Shown here in pieces: positions 29,221 through 38,554 of a stretch of DNA of 44,206 bases. The DNA comes from Candidatus Woesearchaeota archaeon CG1_02_57_44 (GTDB lineage Archaea; Nanobdellota; Nanobdellia; Woesearchaeales; CG1-02-57-44): contig MNWW01000069.1 of the NCBI GenBank assembly GCA_001871415.1, forward strand, positions 1 to 44,206, read 5' to 3'. A program made the translations under genes and the position numbers. Under the pieces are notes generated by a model, which saw nothing but the letters and a program-made list of their open reading frames with translations, ran no database searches and was not told where the DNA came from. Positions within the stretch are counted from its first letter, which is position 1; each line of letters begins with the position of its first letter.

Positions 29221-29835
29221 TTACTTCAGCGGCCCCATGGTGCCTCTGCCCGTGCCCGTGGCGAACCATTCAAAACCCTGAGCAGTGTCTTTGAGATTGA
29301 TCGACTGATCAAACCCGTCGTGCATGCCATAATAAGTACACAGGTGAAACTCATGGCTGGTAGTGCGCAATATGCTATCACGACTATAGATAAGCTCAGT
29401 GGCCCGCGCCTTGTCGCTCCACTCCAGGATGATAGTCTCATTCGAGAAGAAACAATAACCTCGCGAACTCATCTTTTCCACTGTCGCCGCAAATTGCCTG
29501 TCCTGGACATGCACCCAGGTGAATGGTGATAGACCGACCGCCAGCAGTCCATCCATGCGGCTGACCACCGATGAGATGACATCCTTGAGACTATGCCCAG
29601 GAAAGAAGATACGAAAGAAACGTTCCTGGATATCATACACAGGCATGCTCATGATATGCCTGTATTTTTGTGTGAATAATCGCGCGTACTTGTCAAAAAT
29701 CTCCTTGTTGCGATAAAACAAGGGATTCGCAGCGCCCCAAGCATCATCCAACTGCTCGGCCATCTGCAGCAGGCGCAGGAAATCTTCCTGGAACACTGCT
29801 ATATCTCGTAGGTCGAATTCTTGGAGCGCAGACAT
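29221..29835 (-). CDS. Hypothetical protein (AT-richer than flanks)
   Basis: Open ORF; start uncertain (29835 chosen). Confidence 0.55.
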   Translation of the reverse strand: MSALQEFDLRDIAVFQEDFLRLLQMAEQLDDAWGAANPLFYRNKEIFDKYARLFTQKYRHIMSMPVYDIQERFFRIFFPGHSLKDVISSVVSRMDGLLAVGLSPFTWVHVQDRQFAATVEKMSSRGYCFFSNETIILEWSDKARATELIYSRDSILRTTSHEFHLCTYYGMHDGFDQSINLKDTAQGFEWFATGTGRGTMGPLK

Positions 29836-29933
29836 GAAAATCATGGTTAGAATGAGGAATATAAAAAATATAGGAAAAAGCCGGAATAATTCCGGCAATG
29901 CGACCTATTTCTGTGCTTCCCTGCTGATTGCCC

Positions 29934-30395
29934 CTAATTAGCGCAGGTTCCCTCAAGCGCGTGCCCTTCGCCGGTGAATGGATATGAAGCGCCTGTCGCC
30001 GTGTCTGTATAGGTCATGCTGACCTCATAGCTGAAGGCATCACCCGCAGAAGCGCAAGTCTTGCTCGCGGAGCACTTGGTAGAGGCTCCAGCCGCAAGGG
30101 ATGTCGACTCGCACGTCAGGGACGTTCCGCCGACACTGATGGTAAGACCGCTGACACTTCCAGGGAAGTTATTACGCACCGTGACGTTGAGCAAATCACT
30201 GCCCGCAGACAGAGCATACGCGGGAATAGCCAAATCTGCCGCCTGCCAGTAGGCTTTTGACGCCCTAGCTTTTGCTCCAGAACCGATACCAGGTATACCG
30301 CCCATTGCGCCTACCACGACAAGTGCGATGATGATGACTACTGCAAGGATGACCAAATACTCTGTGGCACCTTGCGCTTTTTTCAACCAATTCAT
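29934..30395 (-). CDS. Probable major type IV pilin (class III signal peptide)
   Basis: MNWLKKA|QGATEYLVILAVVIII; own TATA at 30431-30440 and strong SD GAGGTGA. Confidence 0.88.
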   Translation of the reverse strand: MNWLKKAQGATEYLVILAVVIIIALVVVGAMGGIPGIGSGAKARASKAYWQAADLAIPAYALSAGSDLLNVTVRNNFPGSVSGLTISVGGTSLTCESTSLAAGASTKCSASKTCASAGDAFSYEVSMTYTDTATGASYPFTGEGHALEGTCAN

Positions 30396-30469
30396 GATAT
30401 TCACCTCGATATCGCTCACGGGCAGAGGTGTATATAAATATTTCGGCAGGGGACCCAACCCGCATGCCC

Positions 30470-31459
30470 CTACACCAGCCCCGCGACAAACCCCGCCATC
30501 ATGCCCTTGAGCACATAGAAGGCGAGCAAGGTGGCTCCGACCATGAGCGGCGCCATGCGAAGACCAGACAATGGCCTGCCGCGCTGGATTGCGCCCAGCA
30601 GGATGCTCGCCAGCAGCGCTGTCCCGCCGAGCATGATGCCGGATATGCCTAGCAGAAATTCCTGCGTCACACCGATGTCCCCGGACAGGAAGTCAAGACC
30701 AAAGCCGGCTGTAGGACCCGTGGTCGCCTTCATGCCTGATACCATGCCAAGGTACGCGACACTGATGCTCAAGAGCAATGGCGCCCCGATGATGACCGCG
30801 AACATGATGAACGCCGTGTAGGTCTTGGTCCCGGTGACCAGCTCGCGGCGCAGCGCTTGCCTATCCGCAAGGTCGCGGCCCATCTCCTCAAGCATCCTTG
30901 CGAGCCTTCCGCCAGAGCGAAGCGCGGTGGTGAACAAGGTCATGGTGCGGTTAAGGGCTTCAGAATGGATGCGCTCACATATGCGCATGCAGGCTTTCTC
31001 AAAGCCAAGCGTTCCCATGCCATGGCGCATGGCCGTGTCCAGCTCCTCTGTCAATGGGCCGAATTCTTTCCGGTTTGCGGCTTGGAGCGCCATGAAGGGC
31101 GTCATGCCCGCGCGGATATTTGCACCGATGAGCTGCAATGCGTCTGGCAAGACCTCTTCCACATGCTTTGCCCTATCCTCAGCGCGGAAGTCCAGCAGCA
31201 ACAGCAACAGGAGTGGGCAGACCACCACGAAGGCCAGCGCAACCAACCAGTAACCTGCGGTGATGGCGTGGCCCATGGCAAAGGGCAGCAGCAGCACCAT
31301 TGCTCCCAGCAAGACCCCTGCGCCCATGACACCGCCAAGCAAGCTCAGAGGACTACCTCCATAGCCGCTGGTGCGACAGAGCATGATCACCCGAGCCCGG
31401 ACACTCCTGGGCGCGTACCTGGACAGTCCGCGCCCAAAACCACCGTCATGCCCGCTCAT
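30470..31459 (-). CDS. Type II/IV secretion system F-family (TadC-like) membrane platform
   Basis: EEVLPDALQLIGANIRAGMT, EFGPL, LRSGG; ATGA overlap with upstream gene. Confidence 0.9.
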   Translation of the reverse strand: MSGHDGGFGRGLSRYAPRSVRARVIMLCRTSGYGGSPLSLLGGVMGAGVLLGAMVLLLPFAMGHAITAGYWLVALAFVVVCPLLLLLLLDFRAEDRAKHVEEVLPDALQLIGANIRAGMTPFMALQAANRKEFGPLTEELDTAMRHGMGTLGFEKACMRICERIHSEALNRTMTLFTTALRSGGRLARMLEEMGRDLADRQALRRELVTGTKTYTAFIMFAVIIGAPLLLSISVAYLGMVSGMKATTGPTAGFGLDFLSGDIGVTQEFLLGISGIMLGGTALLASILLGAIQRGRPLSGLRMAPLMVGATLLAFYVLKGMMAGFVAGLV

Positions 31460-32406
31460 AGGTCCACCACCGGCCTGCGCGAGTGTATGAACCCGATGAG
31501 CAGCACCTGCACAAAAAAGCATATGACCAGGAATGCCACGAACAGCCCTGGCGTGACACCAAGACCGGCCATACCGGAGAGGATTATCATCATGGTGATG
31601 CCAAGCGTGGGAATAGCTACCGCGAAGAGCATGTACAGCAGCACCCAAAGGTTGAGCTCCTGCGTATACCCGCGTATCTTGTCCCGCTGCGAGAGCATGA
31701 GCCCGTCGATGAGCGAGCGAAGCGCGCCCTCCAGCGACGCGCCGGAGCGGAGCGTGTTGACCAGCTGCCAGGTAGTGCGCTTGAGGTACTGGCTTTCTGA
31801 GCGCGCGGCCATGCGCTCGAGCGCTGAGGCGATCGGTGTGCCAGAGGCGACGTCGTGGGCCGCGCTGCCGAATGCCAGCGACGCTTCGCCATAACCAGCC
31901 CTGCTGACCGCGATAAGGGCATCATACAGGCCAACACCACTGGTGACCTGAAGATACAGGTCTTTGAGGGCGAATGCCAGATTGCGCTCCAGCTGTTCTG
32001 CTCGTTTGCGGGCAAGCAGAAGCGGATAGCGCAGGTACACAAAGAAGAACAGCAAGGCGAGCAGCGCGCTCATGCCGACCGCGCTGACAAGCGCCTGCGG
32101 CAACGGCTTGCTGACCGTACCGACAACCGTCAACAGCCCAAAGAACCCCAAGGCGATGAACAGGACATTGAACAAGACCAGGGAAAAATAATCCGCCTGA
32201 GCGTGATGCTTGGTCGTCCTCCGGCAAAGAGAGCGAAAGCATCGCTGTGCGAGTCTGCCGCGAAACAGCAGGGGCACTCCCTCGATGTCAGGACCCATGT
32301 CCGATCCAGCATCCGATGCTCTGATGGATCTTGCGCCCGATGCACGGTCTGATTGTCCGTCCAAGCCTTGCGCAGCCGAAGCGACAGGGCCACGTGGCTC
32401 AGCCAC
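31456..32406 (-). CDS. Type II/IV secretion system F-family (TadB-like) membrane platform
   Basis: ERNLAFAL..QVTSGVGL, GYGEAS, QLVNTLRSG, YTQELN. Confidence 0.9.
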   Translation of the reverse strand: MAEPRGPVASAAQGLDGQSDRASGARSIRASDAGSDMGPDIEGVPLLFRGRLAQRCFRSLCRRTTKHHAQADYFSLVLFNVLFIALGFFGLLTVVGTVSKPLPQALVSAVGMSALLALLFFFVYLRYPLLLARKRAEQLERNLAFALKDLYLQVTSGVGLYDALIAVSRAGYGEASLAFGSAAHDVASGTPIASALERMAARSESQYLKRTTWQLVNTLRSGASLEGALRSLIDGLMLSQRDKIRGYTQELNLWVLLYMLFAVAIPTLGITMMIILSGMAGLGVTPGLFVAFLVICFFVQVLLIGFIHSRRPVVDL

Positions 32407-33901
32407 CCTGCCACCTCCCGCCTGTGCGGGACAACGCTACGATACGGTCAGCATCGGCATAGTATGCCTGTATGATGCTCCCCACGACCGCGATGTCTGC
32501 GTATCCCTTGTCCACCATCCACTGCAGGATTGATTCCTTATCGCGAAGATCCTTGGCGATATCCCGGGGAGTCATGCCGGTGTGCAAGTTGAGCTCCTCG
32601 ACGAGCCGTATGCTGTCATTGACCTTCTCCACCACGTCATCGCGCGGCAGCCAACGATACAGATAATTTATTTCTAGCCCTGTCCCCGCCTCATCACCGC
32701 CGGTCAATATCTCGGCTAGCTCCAGGGTGCGGCGATTCCCACGACGTCGGTCACGGTATTGGATGAGCACCAGGTGCAACGCCTCAAGCTCGACCGCGGG
32801 GATGGCGATGGGCGGCTCGATGAGCCTGCGCTTGACCTGCCTGACCGTGTCGGCGTGCATGGTGGAATAGACGCTATGGCCCGTGTGCATGGCCTCGAAC
32901 ATGGTCTCCGCCTGTTCTTTTCGTCTCACCTCTCCGACGATGATGCGATCAGGGCGCATACGAAGCGAGGCGACCATCAGATGAAGCATGCTGATTTCCC
33001 CCTGCCCCTCCGGGTTCGCGTTCCTGGTGGTGAGCGCGACCCAATTGCCTTGCAATGCCGCAGGCAGCGCTATCTCGCGGGTGTCCTCGATGGTGATGAC
33101 CCGTTGGTTCGGGGGGATGAAGATGCCAAGCGCGCTGAGCATGCTGGTCTTGCCGCTCGCGGTCCCGCCAGCGACGATGATATTGAGCTCGTACTGCATG
33201 GCGAGCCAGAGCAATGCGACGACAGGCACCGTGAGGGTCTTGTTCACCAGCAGACTGACGACAGTCCATGGCGAGCGGGCGAAGCGGCGTATGGTGATGG
33301 TATTGCCGAAGGAGCTGACCGGCTGCATGGTGGCCGCGACACGATCGCCGGTGAGCAGGTGCGCGTCCATGATAGGATGCAGAGAGTTGATGTCATATCC
33401 TGTCTTTCGGCCTATCTGGCTGCTCAGGTTCAATATCGCCTCGTCGGAGAGCAGAAGCGTCGTCTTGCACCAGCCATGCTTGCGATGGTAGAGCATGATG
33501 GGCACGCGCGGGCCGTTGATGACCAGCTCCTCGATATTACCGTCCGCCATGAGGATGTCAAGGGTGCCCATGCCCAGCATCCGCTGCACGAGAAGGCCCG
33601 CGATGGTATCTGAGCCAAGCGCTCCCATCTCCTCGACCACTGTTTTTTTCGCCAGCAAAAAGAACTGCTCGCGCGCGTTTGCCGCCTCTTCGTGGCTTGC
33701 GGCACCTATGATGAGCGGGACCTGATGGGCCAGCTTGTCGCGGAGATGGTCAAGCATTGCGTCTGTGGCCTTGCCCAGGGAAGGCACCGTAAGCTCATAG
33801 CGCGGCACCGCATCTCCGAGCGCGAGTATCTTGACCCCTGCGACGACATGGTCTGCTTCGATGGCGTAGGAGGCGAGCTCTGCTGTGGTTTTGTCTGTCA
33901 T
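32399..33901 (-). CDS. TadA/CpaF/VirB11-type pilus assembly ATPase
   Basis: GGTASGKT, TIEDTRE, LRMRPDRIIVGEVR, AMHTGH, TMHAD. Confidence 0.96.
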   Translation of the reverse strand: MTDKTTAELASYAIEADHVVAGVKILALGDAVPRYELTVPSLGKATDAMLDHLRDKLAHQVPLIIGAASHEEAANAREQFFLLAKKTVVEEMGALGSDTIAGLLVQRMLGMGTLDILMADGNIEELVINGPRVPIMLYHRKHGWCKTTLLLSDEAILNLSSQIGRKTGYDINSLHPIMDAHLLTGDRVAATMQPVSSFGNTITIRRFARSPWTVVSLLVNKTLTVPVVALLWLAMQYELNIIVAGGTASGKTSMLSALGIFIPPNQRVITIEDTREIALPAALQGNWVALTTRNANPEGQGEISMLHLMVASLRMRPDRIIVGEVRRKEQAETMFEAMHTGHSVYSTMHADTVRQVKRRLIEPPIAIPAVELEALHLVLIQYRDRRRGNRRTLELAEILTGGDEAGTGLEINYLYRWLPRDDVVEKVNDSIRLVEELNLHTGMTPRDIAKDLRDKESILQWMVDKGYADIAVVGSIIQAYYADADRIVALSRTGGRWQGG

Positions 33902-33974
33902 TGCCCAGCGCCTCCCGTCCGTCTATACCAGCAGACATCAGGATGATATGATACATCCGAGCAAGAACGATGAT

Positions 33975-34499
33975 TCATGTGTACCTCACCGCGTACACGT
34001 ATATCATGCCCATGACCACGAGCACGCTGGCGATGGCGAACAGCACCAGCTTCACTGCCTTGGGCATGCTCCTGCCTGGGCGTCCTTGAGCGCCGACCTG
34101 TTGGACGTATGCCGCCCCGACCGGAGGGTACACTACTTCTACAATCCCCTGCCCCTGCAGTTGGAGCGCCCAGGTCTCGACCTGCTGACTCGAGACACCC
34201 ATCTCCCGCGCCAGTCCCTGCAGCGATATCTTCCGGACTGCGAGCACCCTCGCGTAGAGCGTGTCATAGTGGGTTTTGATGATAAACATGGCTGCGCGTT
34301 GTTCTGTCGTCGCTGCAATCGCTGCAGCCGGACGCGAGGCGCTCCTTGCAGAATCTAGAGCCCTGCCCTTGGAGGCCGAAGACGATACAGCAGGAGCCGA
34401 TCTGTCGGCTTTGATCTTGGAGCTGCCTTGCCGACCACGAGTCCTGCCAGCACTCTTGCCTGCCTTCGCCTGCATGCGATTCATCAGTCCCATGAACAT
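33975..34499 (-). CDS. Pilus-locus protein with winged-HTH-like domain and C-terminal TM
   Basis: ISLQGLAREMGVSSQQVETWALQLQGQGIVEVVYP followed by a TM segment. Confidence 0.7.
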   Translation of the reverse strand: MFMGLMNRMQAKAGKSAGRTRGRQGSSKIKADRSAPAVSSSASKGRALDSARSASRPAAAIAATTEQRAAMFIIKTHYDTLYARVLAVRKISLQGLAREMGVSSQQVETWALQLQGQGIVEVVYPPVGAAYVQQVGAQGRPGRSMPKAVKLVLFAIASVLVVMGMIYVYAVRYT

Positions 34500-34561
34500 T
34501 CCTTCCCTGTGACGTATCCTGTTGCCCGTTCCAATACTCAGGTATTTTCTCTCGGAAGACC

Positions 34562-35137
34562 TCAGAGCAGCTTCTTCATCACCCGCTCGTACGTCGTGAA
34601 ATCCTTGCTTGATGTGAATTTCGCGATGACCTTTTCAGGCAGCTGCTCGAGCAGCTCGTCGGTCATACGCAACACAGTCTTCACATCGTCATCGATGCTG
34701 TCCTCCTGCCGCTCTGCGTCCGAGGAGGCGGACGCATCGCCGTCCACACCCGCGACGCCTGTCACAGGTCGAAGCTCATCAAGGATATGCGTCAGCACTC
34801 GCTGGTCTTCAGGCAGTGCCTGTTCCTGCTCGAGCGTCGCACGAAATTGCTCAAGCACTTCTGACGCATCAAGACCTGCAGTGCCAGAGGAAGTGCCATC
34901 CGCAATTTCCCGCCTCACACCATCTGAACCAGCTCCTTTCATACCTGCGGTAAAAGCGCCTGCAGTACCATAGCCACCCGTTCCTCCAGCATAAGACTGC
35001 TGTTCAGGCGGCATAGGCAGAACCGAACGTGCGCCCATGAGCTGCTTGATGAACAGAAGCATCGCTATTGCCAGGAGCGCCAGCAAAGAAAGTGTGAGCA
35101 CTAGGACAATGGTTTCCAGAGTACCAACAGCTATCAT
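34562..35137 (-). CDS. Membrane-anchored hypothetical protein of the pilus locus
   Basis: N-terminal TM, acidic linker, helical C-terminus (DELLEQLPEKVIAKF); TATA-like element upstream. Confidence 0.75.
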   Translation of the reverse strand: MIAVGTLETIVLVLTLSLLALLAIAMLLFIKQLMGARSVLPMPPEQQSYAGGTGGYGTAGAFTAGMKGAGSDGVRREIADGTSSGTAGLDASEVLEQFRATLEQEQALPEDQRVLTHILDELRPVTGVAGVDGDASASSDAERQEDSIDDDVKTVLRMTDELLEQLPEKVIAKFTSSKDFTTYERVMKKLL

Positions 35138-35236
35138 CTGCCACCCCCTTTTTAGTATGCCGTCAATCCGGCAGTTTATAAAGGTTACTGTGCTATAAAG
35201 CCCTGGATATGTGCTCAGCACAACAGCAAAGCTCCA

Positions 35237-36103
35237 TCAGGAAGGTCTAGCCAACACAAGAGGTACACGGATCGTCTGCCCGGCGCCATCGCTGGCAATA
35301 GCTGCGTATCCCCCGACAATGCGCAATGCCTGCGTCCCTCCAGCAACGTCCACAGTGGTGTTGACTGTGACCATGCCCGGCACCGTAGCTCCAGCACCCA
35401 AAACTCCAGCGACCCCTTCCTGAAGGCCGAATGCTACCCGGACCAGACCTGCCGGACTTGCTGTCTGCAAGAGTAGTTCACCATTATCCTCTCCTGGAGA
35501 AAGTACCCCCGACAGCACACAACTCCCATTACGATGCAGAATGGTCACGCTCAGCAGCGTTCCGCTCGGATCAGGACTGATGGCGGGACAGCTGCTGGCG
35601 TTCTGCGCTTCGACATGGACAAGTACCGTTATCTGCGATGGAGTCGCCGCTGTCCACACTTGGCGTAAGCTCGTCGAGTTCATACCGCTCCATCCTTGCA
35701 TCGGTTCTATCCATATGCCTGCGCGCGGATCCGATAGGTTCTCCACCAGCACCCCACTACCATTGACACCATACAACGCGATGCTGCTGCGCGACGCGCT
35801 CGCGTACGCGCCCTCGATATACTTCTGATACGCGCCAAGCTGCGATGCGACAGATACGCCCAATGGCATCGCGACATAGACATGCGCGAGCATACTGCCA
35901 TTGCCAGAGGTTGCGTTGCGCATGCTCGCGTTCACGCCAAGCAAGTCGTGATACAGCCCAGAGCCGATGTCGTCCGCAAGGTAGGCAAGGAATTCATCGT
36001 GCGTTGGCTGCTGGTAGCCATGCTGCCGAAAGGAGATGGCGGCCAGCAGCAACGGCATGAACAAGAGGACCGCGGCGACCGTGAAGAGCACGCCTTTAGC
36101 CAT
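35237..36103 (-). CDS. Minor pilin-like protein
   Basis: MAKG|VLFTVAAVLLF class III-like N-terminus. Confidence 0.75.
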   Translation of the reverse strand: MAKGVLFTVAAVLLFMPLLLAAISFRQHGYQQPTHDEFLAYLADDIGSGLYHDLLGVNASMRNATSGNGSMLAHVYVAMPLGVSVASQLGAYQKYIEGAYASASRSSIALYGVNGSGVLVENLSDPRAGIWIEPMQGWSGMNSTSLRQVWTAATPSQITVLVHVEAQNASSCPAISPDPSGTLLSVTILHRNGSCVLSGVLSPGEDNGELLLQTASPAGLVRVAFGLQEGVAGVLGAGATVPGMVTVNTTVDVAGGTQALRIVGGYAAIASDGAGQTIRVPLVLARPS

Positions 36104-36222
36104 GCGCCGCGACCCCCACCATCATCGATACCCTGTCAGCATCGGCCTGCGTCCGCGTTCCGACACGCTCGCCACGGGCAACATCCCCAGCGTCCGGCTC
36201 GATGCCCGCAACGACCAACAAA

Positions 36223-36693
36223 TCATCCATGCTGCCACGCCTCCATGCGCGCATCGTAGACAGTCGATTCAGCAACAAAGACGCGATGCACTATCACGAA
36301 ACTACCTGTCGGATTAGCGGCAGCGCTGCATCCTGTAGTCGTGGCCGACTGTACGATCGTGCCCATTGTTGTGGACACGCTCAACGTAGAGCAGAACGAA
36401 AACCCGTCGAGCGCGATCTGCAGCGAAGTGCCATTGCTCACGCCTTGGACAAGAGTCCCATCCTTCTCGAGAACGATGAGTGCGTCGCGGGCGCGCATGC
36501 CCATATCGTCAGAGGCCGCTATCCGCGATAGCGCGCCCATTATGCCGACCACCAACGCGACAGTGACCAGCAGCGCAAACATCGCGTCAAGCGTGAACAG
36601 GAATCCTCTACGCCCGTGCTGCCATGACAGACGACCGGCAACCCGTGGGCGAGCAAGTACTCGTGGACGAGACCGGATATCTTGTCCACGCAT
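36223..36693 (-). CDS. Minor pilin-like protein
   Basis: RRG|FLFTLDAMFALL; TGATG coupling to upstream gene. Confidence 0.8.
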   Translation of the reverse strand: MRGQDIRSRPRVLARPRVAGRLSWQHGRRGFLFTLDAMFALLVTVALVVGIMGALSRIAASDDMGMRARDALIVLEKDGTLVQGVSNGTSLQIALDGFSFCSTLSVSTTMGTIVQSATTTGCSAAANPTGSFVIVHRVFVAESTVYDARMEAWQHG

Positions 36694-37328
36694 CAACACG
36701 CATCACCGCAGGAGATGTATACCCACAATTGACCGCGTCGCAGGCCTGCGCCCGCGTCCAGAACCATCTCGCGCATCGCGACAGAGACCTGCGTCGCGTT
36801 GCCTGCCTGCAGGCCCATCGACTGCGTGACGCCATAGTCCGTGCCGTTCCATATCTTCACCAGCACCCGCAGGTCATGCTGATACACCCCGAGCAGCGCA
36901 CGAGAAGTAGTATAGTTCTCATTCATCAGTGCCGCCAGACGAGACACCTTTACTGGATCAAGCGCCAGATACTCCCCAACCCATGATCCGAGCCCAAGCG
37001 CCTGAATACTACTAGCGTTCGCCACAGCAAGGCCATCCCAATCAGCCGGCAGTCCTGGTGAGACCGCAAGCTGCGATGCGACGAGCTTCGCCTCAAGCGC
37101 CAGGGCATCGCGCTGGGTGGCGAGCGTGATGCGTTCTTGCACCTGCCTGCCAGCCCAGGCCGAAGCGAGGAGCACGATGACAAAGAGTGTGACCGCCAGC
37201 AGCGCGTCGCTGCTGAACAATTGCGCACGCTTGCCACGTCGAGCGCGAAAAGGAATCAGGGAAGCAAAAGAGTGGAATCGAAATGCATTGACAGCAAGAC
37301 TACTCCCCAGGAACAACCCGTCGCTCAT
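36693..37328 (-). CDS. Minor pilin-like protein
   Basis: KRA|QLFSSDALLAVTLF; ATGA coupling. Confidence 0.8.
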   Translation of the reverse strand: MSDGLFLGSSLAVNAFRFHSFASLIPFRARRGKRAQLFSSDALLAVTLFVIVLLASAWAGRQVQERITLATQRDALALEAKLVASQLAVSPGLPADWDGLAVANASSIQALGLGSWVGEYLALDPVKVSRLAALMNENYTTSRALLGVYQHDLRVLVKIWNGTDYGVTQSMGLQAGNATQVSVAMREMVLDAGAGLRRGQLWVYISCGDAC

Positions 37329-38554
37329 GGCGCCCCTCCGCAGCAGCAGGATTGCAGTCCGCAGAACCCAGCCGCAGCGACTGCTGCCCCCTCGCCCGGG
37401 GCACAGGATACCTTGCAGGATCCCCCTTGTCCTTGCAACGCGCACCATTGCGCGCAGCTGTAGGCGCGCTGCAGCGGCGCGACCGTGACCACTCCTTTGA
37501 TATTCGTGAGATTCGCGCTGCTGAGCACATTCGTGGTGTTGCCAGCAACCGCTCCAGGAAACGCGCAATGTGCCCTGTTGGCGTCGCGTGAGAACCAGAC
37601 AACTTCCACCAGGTGCGCCTCGGAACGAAAGTGCAGCGTGTACGGCGTGCCATCACGAAGCGTCGACGGAAGCGACAGCTCCGTACGAGTTCCATTGGGA
37701 GCAAGAGCGACATCCATGCCCTTGCCTGCGGCAAGCCTGCACAATTCATCCGCGTGCAGACGCTGCGCGATATGCCTGCCTTGCACCGTGCGGTCCGCCA
37801 CCTGCGAGAAGACCGCTAGCAGGAGGACGAGCAATGCCGCGAGCATGATGATAAGGTCGACGCTGACCTGTGCCCGCCGCAGCGCGCGTATGGCCTGCAG
37901 CGCGACGATGTTTGCTAGCAGCAGGAGTATCGCGACAAGTGCGAGCACCCACCAGGGAACTGGACGGGAAAGCAGGTCTGCGCCTCCAGGAACGTTAGGC
38001 AAACTGACGCCCACCCCCTCATCAGCAATAGGCGCCATCGCATCCGTTTCACCTTCCGCCCTGGCATCCGTCGACGGTGCCGTCCCTGACAGGAGAGATT
38101 CGAGGAGAGTGACCTCGACGCTGTCAGCGCCGACCAGGAGGTGCAACGCAGGTCCATCGACGATGCAGTAATCGCCATCAGTCACAGGCACGGTTTCAGC
38201 GCCGGCCCTGACATCCGAGCATTGTCCAGGCGATGGGCTGACAGTGTGGCCATTGAGCACCATCAGCACCTTGGGTCCTGCGCGGACAAATGCCAAGTCA
38301 GGCGGCATATCCACAGTACCTGTCTGCGCGTCCAGCGACGGAAGTGAAAGGCCCTGCATAGATTCAGCGCCCTTATCTGTGCCATCCTGATAGATGGGTG
38401 CTGACGCCGCGCTGACAGGATACGCAAAGGCAGGAATCAGAAAAAACAAGACAAGAACCAAGAAAAGGAAAGACAAACGAATAGAACGTGCTTGGCGGAT
38501 TCTGCAGGGCGCACCGTGATGGACATCATAAGCTCTAGCCCTTATCGCACCCAT
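37325..38554 (-). CDS. Secreted-domain/pilin fusion with internal class III signal
   Basis: N-terminal hydrophobic segment, soluble domain, TM, then RRA|QVSVDLIIMLAALL and a pilin-like domain with a Cys-rich tail. Confidence 0.75.
   Translation of the reverse strand: MGAIRARAYDVHHGAPCRIRQARSIRLSFLFLVLVLFFLIPAFAYPVSAASAPIYQDGTDKGAESMQGLSLPSLDAQTGTVDMPPDLAFVRAGPKVLMVLNGHTVSPSPGQCSDVRAGAETVPVTDGDYCIVDGPALHLLVGADSVEVTLLESLLSGTAPSTDARAEGETDAMAPIADEGVGVSLPNVPGGADLLSRPVPWWVLALVAILLLLANIVALQAIRALRRAQVSVDLIIMLAALLVLLLAVFSQVADRTVQGRHIAQRLHADELCRLAAGKGMDVALAPNGTRTELSLPSTLRDGTPYTLHFRSEAHLVEVVWFSRDANRAHCAFPGAVAGNTTNVLSSANLTNIKGVVTVAPLQRAYSCAQWCALQGQGGSCKVSCAPGEGAAVAAAGFCGLQSCCCGGAP

Noticed and set aside
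29221..29835. Zincin metalloprotease
   Set aside because: HEFHL lacks the second His of HExxH; only weakly suggestive
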